Assembly: GCF_002105155.1 (NCBI RefSeq)
Contig: NW_019028993.1
Span: forward strand, 62,001-126,000
DNA: 64,000 nucleotides
From: Lobosporangium transversale
Lineage: Eukaryota
Direction of reading: 5' to 3'
Shown: positions 1 to 12,710 of the stretch, piece by piece
Layout of the letters: each line of letters starts with the position of its first letter
Numbering within the stretch: position 1 is the stretch's first letter
The notes under the pieces: generated by a model
The model's database searches: none
The model's input: the letters and a program-made list of their open reading frames with translations, nothing else
Told to the model about the DNA's origin: nothing
Made by a program: the position numbers and the translations under genes

Positions 1-70
1 ATGGGCTACACCGACGTTGTCGTCCCTAATGTCATTCTCAGAAACGTCTTGGAGAACCCTGGATGGTAAG

Positions 71-102
<32 letters not shown>

Positions 103-864
103 ATATTGTCTTTCCCCGCAATATTATGTTTCAAAGTTTACAACTCCGGATCAAGACATCAGAACAAAAAGGACGCAACAAAATGGATCGAATGAAGGAA
201 CAAAAAAAAAAAAAATCATGATCAGCATTACAGTCATCAATCAACACCGATAAACTAAGGTTGAACAAAGGAAAAAGAAAAAAGAAAGCGAAAATGGAAT
301 AAACCCATCCCTTCTTGCTGGAGCTGCTTTCCCATACAATTTAATCCGATCTGCTCATCATTACATTATGCCTCCTTTTAACTAGGTACACTCAATACAC
401 CCCTTACCAGCCAGAAATTGCTCAAGGTCGTCTCGAGTCCCTGCTCAACTACCAAACCATGGTCACCGATTTGACTGGCATGTCAATTGCTAATGCCTCG
501 TTGCTGGATGAGGGAACTGCTGCTGCAGAGGCCATGATCATGTGCTGGACTGCCACCAACCGCAAGAAGAGCACCTTCTTTGTCGATGAGAACTGCCACC
601 CTCAGACCATTGCCTGTGTCCAGACCCGTGCCGAGGCTTTCAATATCAAGGTCGTTGTCGGTGATCACCGTAACTTTGATTTTGAGGCAATCAAGGACGA
701 GATGGCCGGTGTTCTTATCCAGGTAAGACTCTACAACTAGTCTTCGTTATTTGTTAAAAAAAGGGGAGAGACTGATGCCAAGCTGACGAGAAGGTAGTAC
801 CTGTCAGAAAATTAAGGGGAAGGGCAAGAGGAAGAGTGTTGCATATTTGAATGGAGCGAATCGG

Positions 865-896
<32 letters not shown>

Positions 897-3296
897 TTCT
901 CACACACATGTGATTGCTTGAATGGTTAATCGCAATATATTTTATAAATAAGTGGTGATTGCAATTTTTTTTTTTTTTTTTTTTTCCTTCCTTCCAAACA
1001 CTAGTTACTCACCCTTGTTATCTCACACTCAATCTCTCTTTTATAGTACCCTGATACCCGTGGAAATGTCTCCGACTACAAAGGTCTCGCCGACAAGATC
1101 CATGGATATGGCGCTCAGGTGGTCGCTGCCACTGATTTGATGGCCTTGACCCTCTTGACTCCTCCTGGCGAGTGGGGCGCTGATATTGCCCTCGGAAACT
1201 CACAACGCTTCGGTGTCCCTCTCGGCTTTGGTGGACCTCATGCCGCATTCTTCGCCTGCAAGGATCAACACAAGCGCAGGATGCCCGGTCGCTTAGTCGG
1301 TGTCTCCAAAGATGCTCAGGGCAACCAGGCCTACCGTCTCGCCCTTCAGACTCGCGAGCAGCACATTCGCCGTGAGAAGGCCACTTCCAACATTTGCACT
1401 GCTCAGGCTCTTTTGGCCAACATGGCTGCTCTCTATGCTGTCTACCACGGACCTGAGGGCATCAAGAACATTGCTCAACGCATTCACAACATGACTGCCA
1501 TCTTTGCTGAGGGAGTTCGCGAGGCCGGCCACAAGGTCGAAAACGAGCAGTTCTTTGATACCTTGGCTATTAAGGTCCAGGGCGGTGCTGACAACGTCGT
1601 CAAGAAGGCTCTCGCTGCTGGAATCAACATTCGCCAATTCGATGCTGATACTGTCGGTGTCACCTTTGACGAGTCATGCAACAAGGCAGAGCTTGATGAA
1701 CTTATCAAGGTCTTCACCAAGGATGGCGCCTCAACTCCTGATCTCCTTAGCATTGCTCAGAAGCTCAACATTTCAGAGACAAGTCCTGCGAATGTTTTGG
1801 ACAACAAGTTCATCCGTACCTCAGAATACCTTACCCACAAGATCTTCAACTCCTATCATTCAGAGACTGAGATGCTTCGCTATCTGTATCGCCTTCAGAA
1901 CAAGGATCTCTCGCTAACTCACTCGATGATCCCTCTCGGTTCCTGCACCATGAAGCTCAATGCCACCACCGAGATGATCCCTGTCACTTGGCCTGAGCTT
2001 GGCAACATCCATCCCTTCGCCCCTGATAGCCAGACCGAGGGCTACCAGATCATGCTCAAGGAGCTTCGCAACGATTTGGCCGAGATCACTGGATTTGATG
2101 ATGTCTCGCTCCAGCCCAACTCTGGTGCCCAGGGAGAGTATGCTGGCCTTCGTGCCATCCGTGCTTATCATGAGAGCCGTGGCGACAACAAGCGTAACGT
2201 CTGCTTGATTCCCGTCTCTGCTCACGGAACCAACCCTGCTTCGGCTGCCATGGCCGGTATGGATGTCGTCCCCGTCAAGTGCTTGGCCAACGGAAATTTG
2301 GATCTTGAAGACCTGAAAGCCAAGGCAGCCAAGCATGCTGACCGTCTCTCTGCCTTCATGGTCACTTATCCCTCTACTTTCGGTGTGTTTGAGGACACTG
2401 TCTCGGATGCTTGTGAGATCATTCATTCCCATGGAGGTCAAGTCTACATGGATGGTGCCAACATGAACGCTCAGATCGGATTGACCTCCCCTGGACACAT
2501 TGGCGCTGATGTCTGCCATTTGAACTTGCACAAGACCTTCTGTATCCCCCACGGAGGTGGAGGACCAGGTATGGGACCTATCGGTGTCAAGGCTCACTTG
2601 GCTCCTTACTTGCCTGGCCACCCTATTGTGAAGACTGGAGGTGACAAGGCCATCGGACCAATCTCTGCTGCTCCTCACGGCTCTGCCTCCATCCTGCCCA
2701 TCTCTTGGGCCTATGTCAAGATGATGGGAGGTGAGGGCATCAAGAGTGCCACCGAGATTGCTCTCTTGAATGCAAACTACATGGCTCGCCGCCTCGGCAA
2801 GCATTACAAGGTTCTCTTCACTAACGAGAACGGCATGTGCGCTCACGAGTTCATCATCGATATCCGGCCCTTCGGCTCTGTTGGTATTGAGGCTATTGAT
2901 ATTGCTAAGCGTCTTCAGGACTATGGTTTCCACTCACCCACCATGTCATGGCCAGTGCCCAATACCCTCATGATTGAGCCTACAGAGTCTGAGAGCAAGG
3001 AGGAGCTCGACCGCTTCTGCGATGCTATGATTGCCATCCGTGCCGAGATTCAAGAGATTCAGGACGGTAAGCAGCCCCAGAAGGACAACGTGCTTAACAA
3101 TGCACCCCATACATTGGCTGTGCTGATGAAGGATGACGAATACTGGAAGACAAAGTCATACAGTCGTTTCCAGGCTGCCTATCCTTTGCCCTACCTCCAT
3201 AAGTTCAAGCTGTTCCCTACTGTCTCACGCATTGATGACAGCTTTGGTGATCGCAACTTGATCTGCTCGTGCCCTCCCATGAGTGACTATGAGTAA
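1..3296 (+). CDS. GCV2: Glycine dehydrogenase (decarboxylating), glycine cleavage system P protein; 5' end lies outside the window. Exons 1-65, 386-722, 1047-3296
   Basis: Spliced translation gives [56 protein letters not shown]-lysine motif [18 protein letters not shown] and C-terminal [15 protein letters not shown] introns at 66-385 and 723-1046. Confidence 0.97.
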
Positions 3297-3564
3297 ACGA
3301 TAGAACGATAGGACGATAGAATGATGGAGGGGCCATTTCACATCGATGACCTTTAGCATTTAGACATCTTCTTGAAGCATTATATTTTTTAGAGTAGCAC
3401 TCGTGTACATTAAAATTAAATACCTTTTTTTTATTCGCATTTATGTTGTTGATCGCGTGGTTAAAAAAAATTTGTCTTTGAAATGATGGTGTGATTAGAA
3501 ATATTTATCTGTTTTTCATCAATTGTCAAAAACCTTTTTCTGTCACGCTTGAATTCCTATAACT

Positions 3565-6111
3565 ATGGAGTATTCTAACCATTTATCATCAGACCTGCAT
3601 AGCGAGGATTATGAACTAATGGATAGCCTCATAGACAAGGGTAGTTCTTGGACCGGACTTCAAACTATGAGCTCGACTATGATATATCCGGAGCAGCATC
3701 AGGTCGAAGGGAGCGAGGACAGCATCGATACTGAAGCTATTATCCAGCAGCTATATTACGACGAGTTACTACATCTACAGTCAGAAGACTGCGAGCGTGA
3801 GGACGATCGAATGAGCTTTGAAGAAGAACAGCAGAGCCTTAGCTCCTGGACTTTTAATCACTCAGCAGATCTCCCAATATCTGGAGAAATAAACTCGTGG
3901 GACGATTTCATCCACAACGATCAACCACTCTGGAGTTGGTCTAACTGCTTTAGTGAACTTGACCAAACCGAATACTATGATCAATGGAAGAAGGAAGACT
4001 TGGAGGATCCAGAGACTTCAGAGCCTTCAGAGTTCAGCAGCTTTTCATTTTCATTCAAGAGCGAGGAGGATAGCAGTGAATCGGACGAGTACTCTACGAT
4101 TCTATCATCGGATTGGCTTGAACCCGAGGCCCATCCTTACGGCGTTCTAGACCAGAAGGATCAGTGCATGAGCCCTAGAATCGATGCCAAGAACTACATC
4201 CAAGGGCTATCCTCGCAAGGTCCGTATGTGAATACGACTTGTCGATCACAGGAGTGGGTTCTTGAAAAGCTAGAATCTTTTGCGAGTCGATTTTTGAATG
4301 ATTTATCTCTCGAAAGGCAACCAAGTATTGAGTTGGCTAATAGGACTAGCATGAGAGCAATCATATACGACGAGGAGAGTGGAGTCATTCGACGAAGACT
4401 ATCCCCGAATGAAAGGCGGATGGATATAGACGGCAAATTGAGCGATGAAGCATCAGTGAGATCCAGAGGTGCAATTATCTATGATAATGACGGTATTGAT
4501 GACGGCAACATTTCTAGATCTTCAATAATAGGCAAGGGTCATACTCTCAATGAATCAGAACAGAAGCAGCTGTTAGCATCACCCTCATCAAGGTCATTTA
4601 CTATCATCCACCGATTTGGCACCACCAGAGTCGTGCCGTCTGCCATGCGTGTAGTGGATTTAATGCATGAAAACATTTGTAGGGGAGCAATCTCTTCCAA
4701 GCGCGATCTTTATTACAGGGACGTAGGATTGTTTAGGTCGCAACTAGCTGTGGATAACATTGTGGAAGATGTGGCATGCACTCTGGAAGTGCCACGGTCA
4801 TGCTTGAATGTTGTAGCTGGTGGACGCAGCATTGCCTTTGGCTCCATCAGGCTAACTACCAAAATCCGAGGGAAACGCATGGATCAGCATCAGCATGACC
4901 AACAGCAACAAGAGGCCACAGTCAATTATAGCAATCACAAAGCGGATCTGAACTCTGAGATCGAAGTAACCGAGCTTATGGCTGATACTGCACCCCATGA
5001 TATGATGCGTCAAGGTGCTGAGATAACATCGAATGATGAATGTAAAGAATCTGATGATCCTTTGAACAAGAGCTTTGCACAGACGAGCTATAATACGCTG
5101 ATTACGCTCCCTGCAACCATGGATGAGATATTAAAAGTCGAGATTCATCCGAGGACACGATTTATCTTGGTGATCGAGAAGGAAGCGACCATGGAGTATC
5201 TATTGTCCTTGGGCTTCTGCGAGACACATGGGCCATGTATCCTCCTCACAAGCAAAGGATATCCAGATCGTGCTGTGCGTCAGCTCTTAAAGTTGCTTTC
5301 TTTTATGACCGAATCTGGCAGATATAAAGTTGAGCGACAAAGCGGAAGTAATTGGGGTGATAGCTTGAGTCATTTCATCCTACCAGTCATAGACCCATCC
5401 GGATTCAGCGATTCAACCTCGTCAGCCAATCAAAGTTTTGGCCATTCTCTCGATATACCACTCCTTGCTCTGGTGGATTGTGACCCATATGGAATTGAGA
5501 TCTATTTAACATACAGGTGTGGGTCCGTCAGGTCCGCTTACGACAATGCAAACCTTGCAGTGACCTCACTGAAATGCCTAGGCCACATTCCAGATGATTG
5601 GCAGAGAGGTTTTCTTGGGAGCTATGGATTTAATCAGTCGATCACTAATTCCTCCTGCAAAGAAGGTCAAATATCATCATCAGATAACCATCAGCGGGTG
5701 GAGGCGGAGACGGAGACAGAGATAGAGTGTGAGCATGAGCATGAATGCCAATGGAGCGCGTTCGAGCGATATCTGATCCCATTGACTCACTGGGATCGAC
5801 TAAAGCTGGTGAAATTATTGACTCAACATCCGTATATTCTTCGTCATGATGGGTGGAAGAAACAAATTTCACGTATGTTAATGATGAACCGTAAGGCAGA
5901 GTTGCAGAGTTTATATATTGGGTTAGACTGCAAGCCCAATGAGTTGTCGACGACGATGAGGCAAGAGGAAGGGGCCCCGAATAATAGTCGTAGTTGCGAC
6001 CACCTATCAAAGGATAGTATTGGCAATGGCATTAGTAATAGGCTTGGGACCAAAGATCATCCATTAGTGAAGTACCTTGAATACAAACTACAGCATCACT
6101 TGTGGTTATAA
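3565..6111 (+). CDS. SPO11: Meiotic double-strand-break transesterase Spo11/Rec12 (topo VI A family), 848 aa, apparently intronless
   Basis: Catalytic-Tyr motif SKRDLYYRD, Q..VD.IVED.ACTL.VPR..LNVVA, TOPRIM motifs ILVIEKEAT, TSKGYPD and LVDCDPYGIEIY, and C-terminal KAELQSL. Confidence 0.93.
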   Translation: MEYSNHLSSDLHSEDYELMDSLIDKGSSWTGLQTMSSTMIYPEQHQVEGSEDSIDTEAIIQQLYYDELLHLQSEDCEREDDRMSFEEEQQSLSSWTFNHSADLPISGEINSWDDFIHNDQPLWSWSNCFSELDQTEYYDQWKKEDLEDPETSEPSEFSSFSFSFKSEEDSSESDEYSTILSSDWLEPEAHPYGVLDQKDQCMSPRIDAKNYIQGLSSQGPYVNTTCRSQEWVLEKLESFASRFLNDLSLERQPSIELANRTSMRAIIYDEESGVIRRRLSPNERRMDIDGKLSDEASVRSRGAIIYDNDGIDDGNISRSSIIGKGHTLNESEQKQLLASPSSRSFTIIHRFGTTRVVPSAMRVVDLMHENICRGAISSKRDLYYRDVGLFRSQLAVDNIVEDVACTLEVPRSCLNVVAGGRSIAFGSIRLTTKIRGKRMDQHQHDQQQQEATVNYSNHKADLNSEIEVTELMADTAPHDMMRQGAEITSNDECKESDDPLNKSFAQTSYNTLITLPATMDEILKVEIHPRTRFILVIEKEATMEYLLSLGFCETHGPCILLTSKGYPDRAVRQLLKLLSFMTESGRYKVERQSGSNWGDSLSHFILPVIDPSGFSDSTSSANQSFGHSLDIPLLALVDCDPYGIEIYLTYRCGSVRSAYDNANLAVTSLKCLGHIPDDWQRGFLGSYGFNQSITNSSCKEGQISSSDNHQRVEAETETEIECEHEHECQWSAFERYLIPLTHWDRLKLVKLLTQHPYILRHDGWKKQISRMLMMNRKAELQSLYIGLDCKPNELSTTMRQEEGAPNNSRSCDHLSKDSIGNGISNRLGTKDHPLVKYLEYKLQHHLWL

Positions 6112-6920
6112 TAGTTTAATGCAAATATAAAAAATAAATAGAATAAATAAATAAACAAAAAAATCGCGTCTGTAATATTAGCGTTGTAGGTCGCTTTCTA
6201 ATACGTCATATATATATATATATTGGATATTTAGGACTTTCAATGACCTTCATACCAACTATGATCCATAATGAGCGAGCATGAAACGAGGGTATGGGCA
6301 CAGCAGCACAAGTCCTTCAAACAGATAGACATAAAATAGGGAGATCCTCCAAAAAATAATAATAGTAAATCCCCTCGAAATACCAACCTCCCGCCAAGTA
6401 TCGCCACTCATAAAGAAACTGGACATCGACTTCCCCCAACTCTAATGAAGCAATACGTGCAGAAGACATACAAAGGCTCCCGCCGCAAAAAAAAACAACT
6501 AGGTACTCCACTCTAAGGAGGAAACAGGAAGAAAGGAAAAAAAAAGTTTTAGGAGGAGGAAGAGAAAGGATATAAATGATATGGAAAGAGGAAATTTGGG
6601 CCCGTTTGTAATGCGATAGGGAGGGCATCCCTATCATTAAGCCCCTCAATGCTAGGGCCTCGTTGAGGACTCCCATTTTTTTGATATGCTAACGTTAAGT
6701 AAAGTCTTAGGAAATTACCCAAGCTAGTATCCTGAGGGTGAAAAAAAAATAAATTTTCTAACAAGACAAGCAATGATCATGGTATAATAAAAAGACGCGG
6801 GTTTGCGGCTTATTATTATTAAAAGTTTATTATTATTATTACTATTTGTTGTTATTGCTCGGAATCTAAAGCGCTTTATGTGCGAGAGCAGAGTGCAGAA
6901 GGGGGATGCAAATAAGGAAG

Positions 6921-8590
6921 CTAGGGGCTGTTCGTCAATAAAGACTTTGTGCTGCCTGTGTTCATTTCCATCTCTTCCTGTTTAGGCACAACTCGTATGC
7001 TCTCAAACGCCATTGGGTGTATATCCGCTCGCATAATCCATAGCGCAGACACTGGATTATGAGGCGTCAATTGGATAGAAATGGTCTTGTAAAGCGAACT
7101 GGTATATTTTCCATCCAGGAGCAACTCTGTCAAGACCCATACATAGAAACAAGCCACCATGGCCACGATAATGAAGACTAACAACCACATTGGGATTTCT
7201 AGGCCTTTTTCCGGAGTAAAGACATCATAGAGTACATAGGCCTTTCGGCCATCAAAATCCATATAAAAGTTATGCCCCAACGACGCCATATATTGAGACA
7301 CAGCCACTGTATCATCCTGAAGCTGAGGGATCGAGGCCAAGGCCCGTTCACCATGAATTATAGGAGGAAAATGCTCAATCACCATGTCATTTCCACCATA
7401 ACGATCGGGTAAAGGACGCCAGTTACTTCTTGCTTTCACGTTATGGACTATTTGCTCTTTTGGCCTCACGACCAAGAGATTGATGACAGAGTACAGACAT
7501 ATAGGCAATGGAGAGCGAAAAAAGATTACAAAAGTGCAAAGCACGATGTCAATCATGGGTCCACGGATCCTCACTTCAGCTAGAAGTGTAGGATATTTGT
7601 CTCGAGATGTAACTGTCCTGATGATGAGTGCATTCATGGCTTGGAAGATCTCGTCCGCTCCTTGGAAAACTTCTTCGATTGAATCACTAGGTATTGATCC
7701 ATTAAATCCTAAGAACTTTACAGCTGTGGCAGCCATCACTAAGACATCACCGTTCTCATGAACACATTTTTTGATGACGGTACTAGGAAGTGTATTCATC
7801 TTGCTTTGCAAGTAAGAAAGAAATGGCATGTTGAGTCCACCCAAACCGCAGCTCACGCCTTGGTTCCTAAATTCGATTCCCACAGCCGTACCGCCTAGTT
7901 CTTTCCCTCCTGTGATAACTACACTCCATTGATTAGAAGATCCCTGCACAACGTTTGTGATGTTGTAGGAAGGAGCCTCTAGATCAGTCTGCAAGTAAAC
8001 TGATGTTTCAGAGCATTTTTCACTACCGAGTGGAGGAGTGGCCATCTGCTTGACCGTAAACTGAACGTTGGATTGTGCACAAACAATGTCGTAGTCTGTC
8101 TGTCGCAGAATATACAATCTTCTACTACTCGCCTCAGCGGTTGTGATGTTCTTAGTGCTGTTGATCAACAAGCCCATAGCCTCTGTAACATTTTCACCGT
8201 ATCGGATTGATTTAGACCAACCGCTGAAGGTTATTTCAGGGCCGATAGTGATAATCTGTGGTGTGATCTCTAAGATGCTGTCGCCTTTAATGAGTCTTTC
8301 TGCTGGAGAGATGAAGCGAGCCACACCTTTATCGAGCAGGCCAGCTACAAGGCTTGCCAAGATAGTGATCACCATGATGCATTTTGTACGGCTGGGGACA
8401 ATATAGAGCGAGTTGTAAAGCGAACTGATCATCTCCATGTAACCCCCTTGATGACCCCATCGGATACTGTTGGCATACTGGTCTCCGACCTGTGAATAGA
8501 TGGGAAGAATAGGCCTACTGCGGCAACCAGCAAGAACTGGAGGACTGCTAAGGTGATGTTGAGAGTGAAAATCGAGAGCGGAAGGAACAT
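6921..8590 (-). pseudogene. Three-TM, six-Cys-ectodomain family, copy A; 1-nt deletion frameshift near 8512-8516 (real lesion or assembly error)
   Basis: ATG at 8590 gives MFLPLSIFTLNITLAVLQFLLVAAVG. After a frameshift (gta ggc ct att versus copy B gta ggg gcc att) it continues GDQYANSIRWGHQGGYMEM into ORF 6921-8438, ending GLEIPMWL...LLDGKYTSSLYK. Confidence 0.8.
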
Positions 8591-8813
8591 TTGGCTATCC
8601 TTTTTTTTATTTTGTGAATATGTAGATTGTCTGTGTGTGACACAAGTGAGATACAGGAGAGAGGACTGTGCGAAATAACAATCGTCTTTGCCAAAAGACA
8701 TAAACAGAAATATCTTCATTTATTTAATTAAATTTTGTGCTAAATAGTTTCGATCATGCTTTCTAAGATTCAAGTCAAACAGGTATTTAAAAAATACATT
8801 TGCGCCTTGGCTT

Positions 8814-8846
<33 letters not shown>

Positions 8847-9505
8847 GTACAGAAAAAACTCTCACTACAGCACTTTTCACACACACATAATGCTGATAAA
8901 GTTGCCCATTCCATTACACGGTTCCCTTCCTCCTACAATTCTACAGATTCCTTTTATCGATACTATCCCTGGTTCCCAGGCCACTGAGAGTATACGATGA
9001 TCATCTTTTTACATAATGGAGTCCAAACATTCCATAACGAATCAAACCTTAAACCTTATTTTATCCTGAATTAAGGGATAAATAAATTCATATTTGTGTG
9101 TTTGAATGTCCATTCATGTGTGACATTAAACATTTCATCCATCATTTATTTATACATGTGCTCTTTTCAGCCTCGTATTCAGAAGAAATAAAGGAAGAGT
9201 CCCTTTAAAGCATTTCTTAGCCTAACACTCTCTTCTTGATATGACTATGGGTGTAAAGAAAATGGTTAAAATAAAAAATAATTTAGATTTTAAAATGGAC
9301 AGGAGGACAAGCTTTGACGCCACAACGGGCTGTGCCATTTTACCCATGTGATAACCTTGGGACAAGCAGCCAAACCAAGCAAACAAATGCTGGTTTTTCC
9401 AATCCATTGTTTAAAGTGTAAACAAATTTACTATTAGCATTCAACAAGGCTCGGCGGCGCGGAGAATATCAAAATTTAATTTATTCTTCGTCAGAAAAGG
9501 CCTAG

Positions 9506-11349
9506 TTAGCATTGTTTACCTTTGCAGTCCACATCATATTGTAAATCTGCTCTGCTGTCAGTTAATTGCAAACTACACTTCCCTTTATTATTGCAAAAAC
9601 ATACAGTCATGTCACATAAATTATTAAGACTAGGTATATTTATTTGCATTTTTTGAATATACAAGGGACTATCCATCAATAAGGCATTGGTATCTTTGGG
9701 CTCTGTGTTCTTTCCCATCTCCTCCTGTATAGATACGATTGGTATATCCTCAAACTTCATTGGTTCGACATCTACTCGCATGATCCAAGGCGCAGACGCT
9801 TGATTATAAGGGGACAATTGAATAGAAATAGTCTTGTAAAGTGAGCTGGTGTATTTCCTGTCCAGAAGCCCCTCTGCCAAGGTCCATAAACAGAAGCAGA
9901 CAACCATGAGTACGAGAATGACAATCAATAGCCACTTTGGGATCTCTAGTCCTTTTTCTGGATAAAAGACATCGTAGATCACATAGAGCTTCTCGGATTC
10001 CTCGGATTCAAAATCATTATGAAAGTTTTGTCCCAGCAGTGCCATGAGTCGAGATGCAGCCACTGTATCATCCTGGAGTTGAGAATTCGAGACTAAGGAC
10101 CGTTCACCATGGATTATGGGAGGGACATGTTCAATCATCATGGCATTTAACTTTTTTAAAGGATATATCGGAAGCGACTCGTTGCCTCTTGCTTTTTTGA
10201 TATCGACACTTTGTTCTTTTGGCCTCACGACCAAGGAATTGATGACGGAATATTGACATACAGGATATTGTAAACCTACAACGATAGAAAAAACACAGAT
10301 CACAGTGTCGAGCATAGTTCCACGAATCCTCACTTTGGCTAACATTGTAGGGCGATCCATGTCCGTGTCTGATGGAACTGTCCTTTTGATAAGTTCATCC
10401 ATGGCCTGAAAAATTTCATCATCTTCCTGGAAAAATCTTGTGGTTGTGTTGTTAAGCCTTGACTGAAACCCTTCAGAAAAATGTACAGTTGTGGCAGCCA
10501 CAACTGAAACATCCCCATCCTCATGAACACATTTCGTTGTGATAGTCCTGGGAAGACGATTCACTTTGGCTTTATTCGAGATAGCGAAAGATGGTATGTT
10601 GATTTCGCCTAGAACGCAGAGTATGCCTCGGTTCTCAAAGTTGATGCTCAAGCTCGCGTCATGCAGTTCTTCCCCTCCTGGAATAACCATACTCCATCGG
10701 TTAGGAAATCTCTGCAAAACGATTGTGGTATGGTAGGAAATAACCGAAGTTGTGGTAAAGCCGATATATGTATTGGAGCATCCTCCTTGAGTGGGTAAGG
10801 CAACATCATGATCCAGGAACTGAACGTTGGATTGTGCACAAACAATTTCATACTCTGTCAATCGCGGAATATATAATCGTCCACTACTGGCGTCAGCTGT
10901 TGGAATGTTCCTAGTACTGTTGATTAACAAGCTCATGGCCTCGGTAATATTTTCGCCGTATCGGATTGATGTAGACCAGCCGCTGAAGGCAATTTCAGGG
11001 TTGTAAATGATGAACTCGGGATGATTGCTAAGGTACTATCACCTTTGATGAGCCTTTCTGCTGGAGAGATAAAACTAGCCACGCCTTTATCGAACAGGCC
11101 AGCTACAAGACTTGCCAAGATAGTGATCACCATAATGCATTTTGTACGGCTTGGGACAATATGAAACGAGTCGTAAAGTGAACTGATCATCTCTACGTAT
11201 CCTCCTTGACGAGTCCATCGGATACTGTTGGCATACTGGTCCCCGAACCGTGAATAGATGGCAAGAATGGCCCCTACTGCGGCGAACAGTAGGAACTGAA
11301 GGACTGCCAGGGTAATGTTAAGAGTGAAAATCGAGAGTGGGCCAAACAT
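9506..11349 (-). pseudogene. Three-TM, six-Cys-ectodomain family, copy B; 1-nt deletion near 11017 and loss of the ancestral stop codon
   Basis: ORFs 10933-11349 and 9506-10936 are contiguous halves of a close paralogue of copy A (ccg -ag ttc versus A cca cag att). The position of A's TAG stop reads TTG (9662-9664), adding 52 unrelated residues. Confidence 0.8.
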
Positions 11350-12710
11350 TCAGCTGTCTTTTTTATTTTTAAGTGTGTGTGTTGCCTGTGGCAAAGCGGT
11401 TCTGGGGGAACTGTATCTCTTTTATACATTGCTAAGTAAAAATAAAGATGCAGCTCTCTGCCTGCCTTGACACAAAGTTTTCATTTAGACTTTTTTTTTG
11501 GTCCGAGAGAGTATTTTTTTACACACAATTGTTCATGCCTCTGTGCGGCTCTCTTCGTTCATTGACACAGCCCTGGTGCCCAGTCTAGTTTACAACCACT
11601 TATTCCAAAGTAAATCTTTATTTTTGTCATGAACTTTCGGTACCTGAGGAATAAGTTTATGTTTGGTGTAACCCTCCTACTTTCCTACTCTTCGCATGAC
11701 AATATTGGATCTAAAAGGATAATGGGAATAAAGATTGGCGATACCAATGGACAAACGGACAGCTTTGACGCCTCAGTGTTTATTATTATTTATGACAAGA
11801 GCAAGAGGTTCTGTCATATTAGCCACAAGATGATCCTTGACAAACAGTCAGATTTCAATGGGCAGAGCTTCCTCATCCGGCCTATTGAAGCAAGCGAGCA
11901 AGCCCATCTAATACTAGGTGAAGACAATAAAGAAAGCCTTATGTTCATTACCTGTACCGGCGATCCTTCCCTGTCTCATCCACAGCCTCCTATTCCATGA
12001 TCTTGTTTTTTTCTTTGTTTTGAAAAAGAAAGATAAAGGACGAGACCTGTCAGCCGTCGAACTTAAAAAAGAGAAAAAATTCGGGGTAGCTCTGCGGCCC
12101 GAGGTTATTGAAGAGTCGCTGGGTTATAAGGATAACTCAGTCGAGTTAATACGTTATGTCAGTTCTCCAACCTAGATCCCTTCCAAATCCCCCAACGTTG
12201 TCCAAAATATAGACAAGGCACTCAAAGGTATATTAATGCTGCAGAGAATAGTCTATCAATGTTCAATTTGTTCTTCAGTAGAAGCACAGCCTACGCTCCA
12301 TTTCCAACTAAAATAAAATATAAAAAGGCACAAGCTATGATCTAAGTTGACGTTGAAAAGAAATCATAGAGAAAGTATAAGAGATAGATCATTTTACATT
12401 CAAGAACAAGCTCCGAATTGGCAATCGAATCATGGAGATCATGAAGGATATCATCAAAGGTTGCATAAATGATTGCCAAAAGAATAGACCAAAGCTTTTT
12501 TTCATCAATTAATAGATTTGTTTGTTTTGTTCTCATTTAGATTGGGATTTGAGTTTGATCTTGCGAATCTACCCTGCCACTTTATTGTAAGAGCTGACCA
12601 TGGCAAAGTCAAGGGTCTGCAGTTCGTTATAATTAGGGTTATACATGTATGTATATATACTATTAGATGAACGAAAGCAGAGAGAAGAATATGTACACAA
12701 ATAAAAAAAG

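Noticed and set aside
1914..2933. 339-aa antisense ORF inside GCV2
   Set aside because: A shadow of the strong codon bias of a highly expressed gene; it has no independent motifs.
6240..6780. Possible retroelement 3' remnant or a peptide partner for copy A (ORF 6317-6676, small hairpin near 6645-6670)
   Set aside because: No recognisable RT, integrase or transposase motif, and no signal-peptide/KR/Cys pattern in any frame I could read.
9506..9664. Cys-rich C-terminal extension of copy B as a fused peptide-like domain
   Set aside because: It results from a TAG-to-TTG change at the stop shared by copies A and C; the sequence is AT-rich former 3' UTR and its Cys spacing does not match the peptides.
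11860..12620. Coding-like decayed sequence between copies B and C
   Set aside because: Multiple stops and no identifiable homology by eye; it cannot be assigned.
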